Assembly: GCA_043825875.1 (NCBI GenBank)
Contig: JBDRRF010000083.1
Span: forward strand, 74,032-138,031
From: Pseudomonadota bacterium
GTDB taxonomy: Bacteria; Desulfobacterota; Desulfobacteria; Desulfobacterales; RPRI01
Length of the DNA: 64,000 nucleotides
Direction of reading: 5' to 3'
Shown here: in pieces, positions 9,933 to 20,366 of the stretch
How the letters are laid out: the number at the start of each line of letters is the position of its first letter
Position numbering within the stretch: position 1 is the first letter of the stretch
The notes under the pieces: generated by a model
Told to the model about the DNA's origin: nothing
The model's database searches: none
The model's input: only the letters and a program-made list of their open reading frames with translations
Made by a program: the position numbers and the translations under genes

Positions 9933-11549
9933 ATGCTGTTAATGATTCGCTCTATGGGGCTTGTGATAGCGCTACTGCTGACATCGACGTTTTCCTTTGC
10001 GCAGACACAGACCGTACGTTTCGATATTGATCGTTTCAAAGTCGAAGGCAATACGCTGCTCATTCCCGATGAAATCAAAACGGTGCTCGAACCGTTCACT
10101 GGCAAACAACGAGAGTATGGCGACCTGCAGCGCGCGATTAAAGCTCTCAGAGAGCGCTATCGCACCAGAGGTTTCAGCGTGGTGTGGGTAATCGCACCCG
10201 AGCAGGACCTCGACCGGGGTGTCATCACACTGCGGATTATAGAAGGGCGGATCGGCAAGATCACCATTGAAGGCAACCGCTTTTTTGATGATTCCAATAT
10301 CCGCTCCAGTCTTCCGGCGCTCAGAGAGGAAATTTCGCCCAGAGCAGAGGATATCTCTGCGAACGCGCAGCTTGGCAACGAGAATCCGGCCAAGCAGGTT
10401 GACGTTGTGTTGCGCCCCGGCGAGAAACAGGGCGTGGTGGACGCCACCGTCGATGTCATCGACGTACGGCCGTTCAAGGCCTTCCTGACCTTTGACAATA
10501 CCGGCAACCAGCAGACGGGCGACTATCGGCTCGGCGTTGGCGTGCAGCATGCCAACCTGTTCAACCGCGACAACATTTTCACGTTCAACTACGTCACCTC
10601 GCCGGGGAAGTGGGACCAGGTTAGCCTCTATAGCGGGAGCTATCGCCTGCCGCTGTATTCGTGGGGCGATTCCATGGATTTCATCGTCGCTTATTCGGAT
10701 GTCGTCGCCGGCACCACGCAGACCGTAGCAGGGCCACTTAATTTCTCCGGCCAGGGCACTGTTTATGGCTTGCGCTATAATCAGTTGCTGGAGCGGCGAG
10801 GCGAGTATTCACACCGGATCGTTTACGGCCTCGATTATCGTGCCTATGAGAACGACTGCAAGTTAGGCAATTTCGGCGAAGAAGGCTGCGGGCCGGCCGC
10901 AGTGGATGTCACCGTGAGTCCCATCAGCTTGGCATACAGTGGCAATTGGGCAAAGCCCGGGCGGATCTCCGACTTCTATGTTGCCTTATCGCACAATGTC
11001 CCTGTGGATTCGAATGGGCAAAAAAGTGATTTCAATGCGGCGCGTCCAAGTCCGAATGGCCGGGACGGGGCATCTTCCCGTTACACGATCCTTCGCTTTG
11101 GCGCCAGCATGGTGAACGCCTTTGAGAGCAACTGGCAAGTCCGTGCCGCTTTCAACGCGCAGTACACCACGGATTCCCTCGTAACAGGTGAACAATTCGG
11201 CATTGCAGGCACGACCACCGTCCGCGGCTACCAGGAGCGCGAAATTGTCCGCGATATCGGTTATTTCGCCAACCTCGAACTCTATTCGCCCAACCTTGCA
11301 GGCAAACTGGTCCCCGGCGAGGATAACCTGCGCGGCTTGCTGTTCTATGACTTCGCCAATGCTGCCAACAATGCATTGGACGGGGAAGTCAGGCAAAAGA
11401 TCTCGATCGCCAGCATTGGCGCTGGTTTTCGCTGGAATATCCAAAGGAACTTCAACTTGCGCTTCGACTTGGCACGGGTAATGGACGGAGGCGGGAGCAC
11501 GAAAGACGGTGACTTCCGCGGGCATATCTCGGTCTTTTTCGGCTATTAG
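9933..11549 (+). CDS. TpsB (ShlB/FhaC/HecB) outer-membrane transporter
   Basis: POTRA-like FKVEGNTLL...YRTRGF; DNTG; VRGY motif; aromatic C-terminus. Confidence 0.92.
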   Translation: MLLMIRSMGLVIALLLTSTFSFAQTQTVRFDIDRFKVEGNTLLIPDEIKTVLEPFTGKQREYGDLQRAIKALRERYRTRGFSVVWVIAPEQDLDRGVITLRIIEGRIGKITIEGNRFFDDSNIRSSLPALREEISPRAEDISANAQLGNENPAKQVDVVLRPGEKQGVVDATVDVIDVRPFKAFLTFDNTGNQQTGDYRLGVGVQHANLFNRDNIFTFNYVTSPGKWDQVSLYSGSYRLPLYSWGDSMDFIVAYSDVVAGTTQTVAGPLNFSGQGTVYGLRYNQLLERRGEYSHRIVYGLDYRAYENDCKLGNFGEEGCGPAAVDVTVSPISLAYSGNWAKPGRISDFYVALSHNVPVDSNGQKSDFNAARPSPNGRDGASSRYTILRFGASMVNAFESNWQVRAAFNAQYTTDSLVTGEQFGIAGTTTVRGYQEREIVRDIGYFANLELYSPNLAGKLVPGEDNLRGLLFYDFANAANNALDGEVRQKISIASIGAGFRWNIQRNFNLRFDLARVMDGGGSTKDGDFRGHISVFFGY

Positions 11550-11624
11550 TTTCAAATTTCCATCGGTTGGGGAAGTGTCGGTATCTATGAACCAACTTTT
11601 TCTAACGGCCAAAGCGTTTTACAA

Positions 11625-13034
11625 TCAAATAAAAACCAACTTATTTTCCTCATTCTGTGCTTTAACAAGTTTAAGCGTTTGTTCGGATAAGCTGATCTTT
11701 CTTGCACTGGGGAATTTTTCCGGCATAAGCTTTGGCCTTAAATAAAATGCTTCCGGATCGTTAAAAACCATAGTACTCATGGGAACCGGAAACATCTCGC
11801 TCTCCATAAATACAGGATTAGGCCTGAAATATGCCTCAGGGTTTTCAGGATCTATTTCAAATGTACGGGGGTGTCTGTGGAAATCATAGTGATTTGCTGA
11901 TAAATGGTCATTTTTAAGGTCCCACGCAAGATAGATCAAGATGGAATATCCCCATTTTCCTTTATCTTTAAGTTCCAGACGGTTTCTTGCTTCCATAATG
12001 GTCAAAAGATTATTATTGAGATCGTAACGCTCTCTTCTCAATTCCCGATGGGCATACATATCAACCCAAAGAATCAATCTGCTGTGCTCGGGCGCAAAGA
12101 AATCACTGTTTGCAGTTGCCTCTATAACATAACAGGGTACGCCCCCGTTTTTTGTGTAAGCCGGATAATCATTTCCCATGATTTTAAGACTTCCGGTGTC
12201 TTTTTTTATTGCCTGTCCATCCCAATTCCGGATATTGATATCCTTACGGCCATTCGGGAATCTTACAATATCGTTATTATATAAGACATCGGTGCCCATA
12301 AATTTCCAGGTATAATACCAGGGAATCATCATCGTATCCCCAAATGTAAAGTCTCTTTCAAAGTACTGATCGCAATATCTTGACTCTCCTTCCGTAACCA
12401 GTTTTTGTACTCCGGGATAATAACGCCACTTATCCGAATACTTCTCATGTGTTTTTCCACACCTGTAAACATTTTGCAGAAACTTGGTATATCGGTACAG
12501 CGCAGGCTTATGATATCTATCCAAGACCCACATATAAATTTTATTTTCCGGCCAGCGATACAGATAATCTTCCAGTGTATCAGGAGAAAGAGCAGACCAG
12601 ACCTCTCTTTGGCCGGTATAATAATTCAATCCACCCCTGTTGGTGATCATCATACCGCCCATAGGCCCTTCATGTGTCCACCATGGAAAATGTTGACCGA
12701 CGGTCATCATATAAGCGATTTCCGTGGCCGTGTAAGGAGGCTCTAACTTCGCCGCTACATATGTGTATTGACTATGCCTTGGCGTCTTCTCCCATGGAGT
12801 TAAATCCATGTTGAATGTTTCCAGATCTTTTTTTGAAAGCTGACACACGTCTTTCCAGGTGGCATTCCCATTAGCTTCCTGGCAAGGCTCTTCCACATCA
12901 CACAGAGATAAGCCAAATGCCGGACGTGCTTTAAAGAAAACTGATGGAGCGAGACCACAGGCGATAGCTGTCCCGATGCTTTTCTTTATGAACTTTCTTC
13001 TTGTAATCGATTGACTACAGGTTTTTTCTTTCAT
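11625..13034 (-). CDS. DUF1329-like / LolA-fold envelope protein with twin-arginine signal
   Basis: TRRKFIK + hydrophobic stretch; WRYYPGVQK, DFTFGD, WKFMG, CYVIEAT, RERYD; adjacent to DUF1302 gene. Confidence 0.7.
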   Translation of the reverse strand: MKEKTCSQSITRRKFIKKSIGTAIACGLAPSVFFKARPAFGLSLCDVEEPCQEANGNATWKDVCQLSKKDLETFNMDLTPWEKTPRHSQYTYVAAKLEPPYTATEIAYMMTVGQHFPWWTHEGPMGGMMITNRGGLNYYTGQREVWSALSPDTLEDYLYRWPENKIYMWVLDRYHKPALYRYTKFLQNVYRCGKTHEKYSDKWRYYPGVQKLVTEGESRYCDQYFERDFTFGDTMMIPWYYTWKFMGTDVLYNNDIVRFPNGRKDINIRNWDGQAIKKDTGSLKIMGNDYPAYTKNGGVPCYVIEATANSDFFAPEHSRLILWVDMYAHRELRRERYDLNNNLLTIMEARNRLELKDKGKWGYSILIYLAWDLKNDHLSANHYDFHRHPRTFEIDPENPEAYFRPNPVFMESEMFPVPMSTMVFNDPEAFYLRPKLMPEKFPSARKISLSEQTLKLVKAQNEENKLVFI

Positions 13035-13085
13035 AGGACCATCTCCACAAAAAAATGTTTCTTTATATGTTAACTGATTATAAAA

Positions 13086-14594
13086 CTAAAATACGTAATT
13101 AATTTCCACACCGACATTGTCCCATTGGTTAAACTGACCATATATGTCATTTTTCCCGCCACGGTAATCTGAGTAAAGAATTTTGGCTTCCAGATTATCC
13201 GAACACTTCCATGTTATGATGAACTGGTTCTTCATTCCCTGCCACCCGTTAAGAGGCCCCCCTGTATTAAAAAAAACGAAAAAAGAAGTAATCAAGCGAT
13301 CCTCAGTTGACCGCCAAAACTTATTGAAAAGGAACACATGGCCCAGAGACCATCTGTTGACCCCAAGACTTTCACGCCATCCTGAATAGTAACTAAACAT
13401 CGGCTGGTAAAAACACCACACCCTGCCCGGCAAAAAAACATCGAATTTCATTGCACCGCTGATTAAATCCGTATTGGACACGCCTTTACCATCTTTGAGG
13501 ATTCCGTTATAAGGATCCCACTTGTTAAAATCCGTGAAATACTGGTCTGTCTTATAAACGATTTCAGCCCGATAAGTACAAGGCACCCTCTGCAGAAAAG
13601 GAACTCCTTTTATTACATATCCAACATCAATGGCTGAACCTACAAAATGCGCTCTGGTATATTCAGGATCATAAAACGTCTGCCCGAGATTATCCCGCTT
13701 GATGAAATTTGTTGCATTGGGAGAAAAGCCATACATATAGCCCAAACTCCATGTGGCTTGCCCAAGTTTGGTATCGAATCTGGCAGCCAATTGATGATTT
13801 TTAAATGCCGTGCCCGTTTCATCGGCAGAGCCTCGATAGCGAGGATCTCTTTTTGGATCGGATCTTAAGGGTGACCACCAGGGAGAACCCGGATAAGGAT
13901 TTTTTGACGGCTCAAAATCCGGTATCCACAGAAACTGTACGCTACTTTCCCTGAAAGTGTAAGTGATATTTGTCATCCATAGCGGTATTCGCAGTTTGTT
14001 ATATTGTGAAGCCCTGATTTCCAGAAAGTCCTTTCCATCAAGGTTGTTAATAAAGTCCATCCACCGGCCTTCCATTTTTCCCCAGACCACCTGCTGTTTG
14101 CCGATTTTCACATATAAGTTGTCCGATTCTATATCCAGATGAAGTTCTCTAATAATCTCATCACCTGTATGAGAAATATAGGAATCCTTATTGACTTTAT
14201 CCGCATAAAGACTCGAGTTTTGCCAGTCATATACTGCATCGTACTGGAATCGGAGTTTGTTAACTAATTCCACTCCGGGTGAAAACTGATAACGGGGTTC
14301 TAATTCCGCCATCCACTGAATTTCCTGAAATCGCCAGTCTTTAGTTACAGTGCCCACCTGTTTGTCATTGTGAACATTGATCGTTGACCAATTAGACAAA
14401 AAACCGTTTATTTTAAAACGTGGAATTTCATTGAGCGGTTTTAGGGCATCACCGGCCGGGTTAAAATTGGCAATCCAGCGGTCAAAAGTGTTGTAATAAT
14501 CCAGACCGGATTGTGCATATACGTTGAATGATAAACATAGAACTAAAAAAAACGAAAAAGGAAAAACAATTAATCTTGCACGGGTTGCTTTCAT
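13086..14594 (-). CDS. DUF1302-like outer-membrane beta-barrel protein
   Basis: YDAVYD, RELHLD, KIGKQQVVWG, RIPLWM, WIPDF; C-terminal YVF. Confidence 0.75.
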   Translation of the reverse strand: MKATRARLIVFPFSFFLVLCLSFNVYAQSGLDYYNTFDRWIANFNPAGDALKPLNEIPRFKINGFLSNWSTINVHNDKQVGTVTKDWRFQEIQWMAELEPRYQFSPGVELVNKLRFQYDAVYDWQNSSLYADKVNKDSYISHTGDEIIRELHLDIESDNLYVKIGKQQVVWGKMEGRWMDFINNLDGKDFLEIRASQYNKLRIPLWMTNITYTFRESSVQFLWIPDFEPSKNPYPGSPWWSPLRSDPKRDPRYRGSADETGTAFKNHQLAARFDTKLGQATWSLGYMYGFSPNATNFIKRDNLGQTFYDPEYTRAHFVGSAIDVGYVIKGVPFLQRVPCTYRAEIVYKTDQYFTDFNKWDPYNGILKDGKGVSNTDLISGAMKFDVFLPGRVWCFYQPMFSYYSGWRESLGVNRWSLGHVFLFNKFWRSTEDRLITSFFVFFNTGGPLNGWQGMKNQFIITWKCSDNLEAKILYSDYRGGKNDIYGQFNQWDNVGVEINYVF

Positions 14595-14791
14595 AATAGC
14601 CTTTGGTTTTAGATAGTGATATAGGTGTGTAACTTTGAAGTTTGAGCCTCAAGTGAAACGGAGACAGTCCACGTTTGTTTAAGAAATATCTCCTAAAGTA
14701 GTGCGTTGGGATGCAAGAAACATCTTCTTTTACATAGTTTTAATAACTTATACAAAAACCACCTCATAATTAGCTTTTTCCAAAGTAAGAA

Positions 14792-15313
14792 TTACGGAAA
14801 CAGGGGTGGAGGGGAAAGCTCTATATAGGTTGCCTCGCGCAACTTTTTGAGAATTGCCCATAGTTGTTTTCTCTCAAGTTTCGAAAGCTTTCCCAGAATT
14901 TTTGGAAGAACCTCATTTTTCTGTATGCGGCGTAGTTCTTCCCCTTTCTTTGTTATCTTCACATGTACTACTCTTTTCTCTTTTGCGCTCCTGATACGTT
15001 TGACCAGTCCACTATCTTCCATCCTGTCCAGCAATTGATGGATGCTACCAGGATCACGAAGAACTTGCCTCGCGATTTGAATGGGCGGCAGCGGACGATT
15101 TGCCTCTTCCAGAACATATAAAACTGCGGATTGGATCATGGAAATCCCAACCGGTTTCAATTCTCTCTCCCTGAGTTTTTTCAGGCCTTCCACAACCTGT
15201 GTCATCAACGTGAAAAATTCATATTCTTCATAAAGCGTTATTTCGTATTGATCCACAGATCCTGAACCGGAGGTAGCATTGTTTTTTACTTTGGCATCTT
15301 CAATGTCAGACAT
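14792..15313 (-). CDS. MarR-family transcriptional regulator
   Basis: LLDRMEDSGLVKR...KRVVHVKITKKG; start moved to ATG 15313 behind GGAGAAG RBS. Confidence 0.88.
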   Translation of the reverse strand: MSDIEDAKVKNNATSGSGSVDQYEITLYEEYEFFTLMTQVVEGLKKLRERELKPVGISMIQSAVLYVLEEANRPLPPIQIARQVLRDPGSIHQLLDRMEDSGLVKRIRSAKEKRVVHVKITKKGEELRRIQKNEVLPKILGKLSKLERKQLWAILKKLREATYIELSPPPLFP

Positions 15314-15364
15314 GCCCTTCTCCATTAGTTTTATCAAATCAATGTTATTAACAATTTTTATACT

Positions 15365-15416
15365 AATTGTGATCACAATTTCTATGCTGTATATATTTAC
15401 AAATCTCTTAAGTCAA
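15365..15416 (-). promoter_or_regulatory. putative sigma70 promoter and 16-bp palindromic operator of the MarR gene
   Basis: TTGACT-N17-TATACA on minus strand, followed by perfect palindrome AATTGTGATCACAATT (15365-15380). Confidence 0.45.
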
Positions 15417-15544
15417 CAATATTTTTTTAATCGAAAAAAAGGCCTTTTGTATGGATAAAATGGGATGAATTATAATAATTGACAAACTATACTACTTATA
15501 TTATCGATCACTACCGATATCATACTTTAACAAGGGTTTCCCAT

Positions 15545-16513
15545 ATGAGATATATTGTCTTCTGGTCATTTTTGAGCATTCTTTTTCTTGGTCTTATACT
15601 TTCACCTCTTGAGGCAGGCCCACCTACCAATGGAACCTATAGATTAAGATTACCCAAGCAGTTAAAAGAAACCATTTTTGCTTACCCTTTTAACAGAGAA
15701 ATGGATAGAGACAATGATTTCTTAAAAGATCATTTTGAAGGAAAGGTTGCCGCACACTTCAGGCCTTATTTGGTTTTTGATTCCGGAGAAGACCATACAA
15801 AATCATGGGAACCTGTAACACTAATCCAGGTAAGACCTGTTGGTTGTATCGGGCCGGATTGTCCGGATGAGTGGAAGATAAAGATCAAATATGTTTTCTT
15901 ATGGGCTTTTGACGGAGGATATGGTGAATCTTCCAGTTGTAAAAATGATCACAATGGAGACAATGATTCCATTTCATTATTTATTCACTCAAAAGATCAA
16001 GGCAGAACCTGGATTCTAAAAAGCTCGGGTGATGTAAATATCGGCGACGAGGCTTATATCAGTATTTTTCCGGATGTATTATGGCCAAACGCACAAAATG
16101 GGGGAGTTGAATTTCCCTATGTTTTCTTATCATCGCACAAACATCATCTGTATACGAATTCATGGAATGATGAACATGATTCCATCTATAGTGACTGGGG
16201 ATGCAATGATGATGTTAATGGAAATGGAGCTCATTATTACGCTTGCGTTCATCAGGATTGCCTGGACCCCGCCTATATCGATGTCTTTAATAATGTTGGC
16301 GAGCCGGAAGCCCATGATCCAAAATATTTTGTTGGATCTCTTGATCGGTGGTATAAAGGTGAACATGCATGGAGTTCAAGGGAATTTAACGGAGGTAAAG
16401 GTGAAGATGGCTTTAAAAACAGCAGTTTAAAAGAAATGTGGATGTCTCATAAATTTCATATAAGTAAAGGGTTTAAAAAAAAATATGCAGCCATGATTAT
16501 TGGTGCAATGTAA
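15545..16513 (+). CDS. exported hypothetical protein, possibly distant Vps62/NPP1-like
   Basis: Signal peptide from ATG 15545; FRPYLVFDSGE, HNGDND, SSHKH. Confidence 0.55.
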   Translation: MRYIVFWSFLSILFLGLILSPLEAGPPTNGTYRLRLPKQLKETIFAYPFNREMDRDNDFLKDHFEGKVAAHFRPYLVFDSGEDHTKSWEPVTLIQVRPVGCIGPDCPDEWKIKIKYVFLWAFDGGYGESSSCKNDHNGDNDSISLFIHSKDQGRTWILKSSGDVNIGDEAYISIFPDVLWPNAQNGGVEFPYVFLSSHKHHLYTNSWNDEHDSIYSDWGCNDDVNGNGAHYYACVHQDCLDPAYIDVFNNVGEPEAHDPKYFVGSLDRWYKGEHAWSSREFNGGKGEDGFKNSSLKEMWMSHKFHISKGFKKKYAAMIIGAM

Positions 16514-16552
16514 ACAAATCAATTTATTATTTAGTTTAATAAGGATAAAAAA

Positions 16553-16948
16553 ATGAAGGTGTTTAAGCTTATACTCACATGTGCGCTATTATTGTTAATT
16601 TGTTTACCCAGCAAGGGATTCACAGCAAGCGCATACGGAAAAGTTAAATTTGTCGGTACAATTCAGGAAGCCAATGATAACGGGATCTATAGTGCCAGGT
16701 TTAGATTCAAACTTACTGATTCTACATGCACAGAAAGCTCTATACCTAAAACACGTTGGTTCACTGTAAAATCAGGAAGAATGGATGGGAAATTTGCCCA
16801 TAATGCGGTTAATACAAAAAATGCATATCAGACTTTGCTTACCGCTTTTTTGACAGACGCAAATATTCAGATAGATAGAATATCGACATGTTCAAACGAT
16901 AAGACAATTGAAATTGATTTGTGGAATTCAGCAATAGGAATTTATTAA
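16553..16948 (+). CDS. exported hypothetical protein
   Basis: Signal peptide, RBS, 131 aa. Confidence 0.65.
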   Translation: MKVFKLILTCALLLLICLPSKGFTASAYGKVKFVGTIQEANDNGIYSARFRFKLTDSTCTESSIPKTRWFTVKSGRMDGKFAHNAVNTKNAYQTLLTAFLTDANIQIDRISTCSNDKTIEIDLWNSAIGIY

Positions 16949-16994
16949 TTTAATTCATGAAGGGGTGGGCAGAAGAAAATATAAGAGATAACAC

Positions 16995-17855
16995 ATGACT
17001 TCCTGGTATTTTCCCGCATTACTCGCACTTCTATTGATGGGAATTCAGCGTTTTTTTTACAAGGTTGCAGCAGAAAGAAAATACCCCACCGAATGGGTAA
17101 CCTTTTCCTTCATGGCCACAGTCACGCTGTTGAGCGCCGGAACATACTTTTTCCGGCAACACCATGAACAAAACATTGGTTTCCTGATAGCCGTATCCCT
17201 CATCAATAGCATAGCTTTTCTTGTTGCCACCGTATCCCATATTGAAGCACTAAAATATATCCCGGCAAATATTGCATACAGCATCATCCGGTTAAATGTG
17301 GTGACGGTAGCTGTCTTTTCAATTTTCTATTTCAAGGAACAGATTTCTCTTCTCCAGGGTCTGGGATTGCTTGTTGCAATTTCTGCCATGATTGTTCTTA
17401 CAACACAGTTGGGAGCAGATACAATAAAAGTAGAACACCGAAAGCAGGGAGCAGTGTTTATCTTTCTGGCTTTGCTGGCCGGGGCCACGGCAAGCATTTC
17501 ATCCAAATTTGCAGCCATGCATGCGGACAAACTTGCTTTTATGGCCCTGTCGTATCTAATGGGGATGATTGGCTCTCTGGGAATAACCAGGGCGTTGTCC
17601 TATAAAAAAGCCATAAACAAGCGATCAGCCGCGTTGGGCCTTGGTGTAGTCATGGGCGGGTTTAATTTTGCCGGGTTTTATGCATATTTGTATGCCCTGG
17701 AACGCGGGCCGTTATCCCTCATTTCAGCTATTGTGGGAATGCATTTTGTAATTGCCATTGTACTTTCAGCAGTTATTTTTCATGAGAAAATAAAACCTGT
17801 TGGACTTTTAGGAATTCTATTGACTATAATATCTATCATTTTGATACGGATTTGA
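16995..17855 (+). CDS. EamA/DMT-family transporter
   Basis: About 10 TM segments in two repeats ending FKEQI and FHEKI. Confidence 0.88.
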   Translation: MTSWYFPALLALLLMGIQRFFYKVAAERKYPTEWVTFSFMATVTLLSAGTYFFRQHHEQNIGFLIAVSLINSIAFLVATVSHIEALKYIPANIAYSIIRLNVVTVAVFSIFYFKEQISLLQGLGLLVAISAMIVLTTQLGADTIKVEHRKQGAVFIFLALLAGATASISSKFAAMHADKLAFMALSYLMGMIGSLGITRALSYKKAINKRSAALGLGVVMGGFNFAGFYAYLYALERGPLSLISAIVGMHFVIAIVLSAVIFHEKIKPVGLLGILLTIISIILIRI

Positions 17856-17901
17856 TTATTAACCGGAGGAATAAAAAGGTTCATCAAATAGGATATGAGC
17901 T

Positions 17902-18831
17902 ATGAAAAAGATTAACATCCTGCCAATTTGTATTTTAATATTTTTTATCTTAAGTACTGTATCTGTTTCGGCTGGCCAGAAACAATATTCACCTCTTTGG
18001 AATCCGAACTGTGAAAAATTAAAAAAGGAATTATCAGGTCAGAATCTGAATATAGTATTTACTGAAAAACAGATTATAAAAAATAAACAAAAGCATTGGG
18101 TATTATACTGGCATGGGATAGAAGTACTTATACCTCAAGCTGAATATAAAGACGTTTATGTTTTAGTAAATAAAAGAAATCAATATGAACTTATGCTGCG
18201 TACTATTGATAATATATTAATATCGCTTATGATTACCGAGCATAAACCTCAAAATGACATTTTTTCAAAAGATTCAGGTGATAAAATTCCGGTGCTAAAT
18301 ATAGAAAATATGAGGCAAACTGAAGCAATGTATGGCGAACCTGTAAAAGTATCGGATCTTATGCTTCTTGCGTATGAAACCACACCTGACCAGTTAACTT
18401 GTAAGGAAGAAAACCGCATTAAAGAAACAGCAATTGCAATTGCATTAATTTTAAAGACTATAACTTCTCCCGGCGTGACTTCTGCTTATAAAAATGTGGG
18501 CACCTATGATGGCTGGATAACAAAAAGCGAAGTTGAGAATAATATAGAATATGTTCTTAATATAATACCGTCTGATAGTGACAGTCAGTTTCTTAATATC
18601 ACTTACAAATTACCACAGGAAAGTATTTATGCTTATATTCCTTTCCATGTCGGCAATAAAAATCCGAAGCCTGATAAAAAACCACCTGATTGGCTCATAG
18701 CGTTAAATAATGCATTAGAACTAAAAACAAATAACAGCTGGAACGAATATACATCGGTCGCAAAATCAAGTAGCATTAGCGAGAAAAGTACTTTAGAAAC
18801 ATTAAAAAACCTAAAACTAAAACAAGAGTAG
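17902..18831 (+). CDS. exported hypothetical protein
   Basis: Signal peptide, 309-aa ORF. Confidence 0.65.
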   Translation: MKKINILPICILIFFILSTVSVSAGQKQYSPLWNPNCEKLKKELSGQNLNIVFTEKQIIKNKQKHWVLYWHGIEVLIPQAEYKDVYVLVNKRNQYELMLRTIDNILISLMITEHKPQNDIFSKDSGDKIPVLNIENMRQTEAMYGEPVKVSDLMLLAYETTPDQLTCKEENRIKETAIAIALILKTITSPGVTSAYKNVGTYDGWITKSEVENNIEYVLNIIPSDSDSQFLNITYKLPQESIYAYIPFHVGNKNPKPDKKPPDWLIALNNALELKTNNSWNEYTSVAKSSSISEKSTLETLKNLKLKQE

Positions 18832-18916
18832 TTTAGATCCAATTTTTAACACTCAACAAGCATTGAAAAAGATATATCTTTATTTAATTTGCAGGGCATG
18901 GAGGATAGAGTTTGAA

Positions 18917-19870
18917 ATGCATAATTTTAAATACAATACTACTTCCGCCACTTCTATCCAAACAATCTTTTTAGGGTTGATTGCGATGTTTTTTATAAAC
19001 CAAGCCACAGCGTTTGGCCAGATGCCTGTGCATATTGGGAATGATTTACTGTCACAGGCATCCCAACAACGCGGAGTATCCGAGAAAGCAATAAGGGACC
19101 TTGTTGACGCTGACTTGATCAAACAAAACGCGTACCGCTCTGACTCGCTCGGCATCACCGGTCCTGTGAGACAAATTCAAGCCGGTGAAATTCGCTGGCT
19201 TCCACACGGATCAAAGGTCGGGACAGTCGGTTTGTCTATTTTGCCTGCTAATAACAGCGTCATTAAAAGACCTATCCACCTTTCGATCAAATATCAAATC
19301 ATACATGATGCTAAAGGGGCAGTTGAAATTAACAAGTACCTTTCCCGAGAAGATATCTATAATTCAGTTGTACTTGCACTGAAAAGTGAACAGGCTGTTG
19401 TTTCAGCCGTAAACGATTGTTTATTAGCGCTTCCGGTGGCAACACCGACAAACGGATCTTTGTGGCCTGAGGCACTTGATATTGCACGTTTTAATATTTA
19501 CGACAAAGAATGGATGTTATCTTTTTCCAAAACAGGAATACTTCCCGGCACTGTCGAAGACCGGATATTGATTGTAATCAACGCAAAAACTCTAAAAATA
19601 TCCATCATAACAGGTGTGGACACAATTGAATTCGCACGGGCAGCCATAGCAAGCGCCGGTTTCGATGCCTCACAAGCAGAATTTTATTTAATTAATCCCG
19701 GATTCAATCGGAAGTTGCCCGAAGGCGTTACACATAAGCTGTTGACTTCTCACTGGATGGTTCGTGCAATGGGCGTAAAGGGTTGCGCCACCCCCTTATG
19801 GGTTCCCATCGAAAAATACACAATGAAAATTGGAAAGATTTTAGAGGCTCCAGATCCGGAGGTCAATTGA
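18917..19870 (+). CDS. exported hypothetical protein
   Basis: Long ORF; ATG 18917 behind GGAGG; hydrophobic N-terminal segment. Confidence 0.6.
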   Translation: MHNFKYNTTSATSIQTIFLGLIAMFFINQATAFGQMPVHIGNDLLSQASQQRGVSEKAIRDLVDADLIKQNAYRSDSLGITGPVRQIQAGEIRWLPHGSKVGTVGLSILPANNSVIKRPIHLSIKYQIIHDAKGAVEINKYLSREDIYNSVVLALKSEQAVVSAVNDCLLALPVATPTNGSLWPEALDIARFNIYDKEWMLSFSKTGILPGTVEDRILIVINAKTLKISIITGVDTIEFARAAIASAGFDASQAEFYLINPGFNRKLPEGVTHKLLTSHWMVRAMGVKGCATPLWVPIEKYTMKIGKILEAPDPEVN

Positions 19871-19910
19871 TTTGCTATATTGATGTTTAATGAAAGGCGC
19901 AAATATTAAT

Positions 19911-19943
19911 AAAAAAAAGGGCCTGCAATTCTTGCAGGCCCTT
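19911..19943 (-). terminator. intrinsic terminator of the tRNA operon
   Basis: Minus strand AAGGGCCTGCAA-GAA-TTGCAGGCCCTT followed by T-run. Confidence 0.8.
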
Positions 19944-19953
19944 AATGTTTTTT

Positions 19954-20028
19954 TGGAGGCGGCATCCAGATTTGAACTGGAGAATAACGGTTTTGCAGAC
20001 CGCTGCCTTACCACTTGGCTATGCCGCC
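19954..20028 (-). tRNA. tRNA-Cys(GCA)
   Basis: GGCGGCATAGCCAAGTGGTAAGGC...CTGCAAA...GTTCAAATC...GCCGCCTCCA. Confidence 0.97.
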
Positions 20029-20036
20029 AAAAAAAA

Positions 20037-20111
20037 TGGAGCGGGAAACGGGATTTGAACCCGCGACTTCGACCTTGGCAAGGTCGCACTCTACCACTGA
20101 GTTATTCCCGC
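20037..20111 (-). tRNA. tRNA-Gly(GCC)
   Basis: GCGGGAATAACTCAGTGGTAGAGT...TTGCCAA...GGTTCAAATCCC...CCCGCTCCA. Confidence 0.97.
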
Positions 20112-20366
20112 TCACTATAAAAACCTTATAAGCAGCATTATTAATATAATATCACGTACAGGTTTATATCAAGTTTTGCAAATTATAAGTTTACATACTT
20201 TTTGTCAATAAATTTCTTGGAATTTTCTGTAGTGGCAAATAAGTAATACACAGGAGCTAAGACCATTTAAGAAGTGAATACCGAATCAGTCTCTCTGTCT
20301 CTGTGAAAGCCTGATGCTTGAATTTATAACCAACTTAATTCATAATGAAAAAAAGGTTAAATCTTT

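Noticed and set aside
5454..11745. Many antisense/alternate-frame ORFs inside tpsA-tpsB
   Set aside because: Shadow ORFs of GC-rich coding DNA with no recognisable motifs
19841..20120. ORFs 19841..20089 and 19890..20120
   Set aside because: They overlap the two tRNA genes
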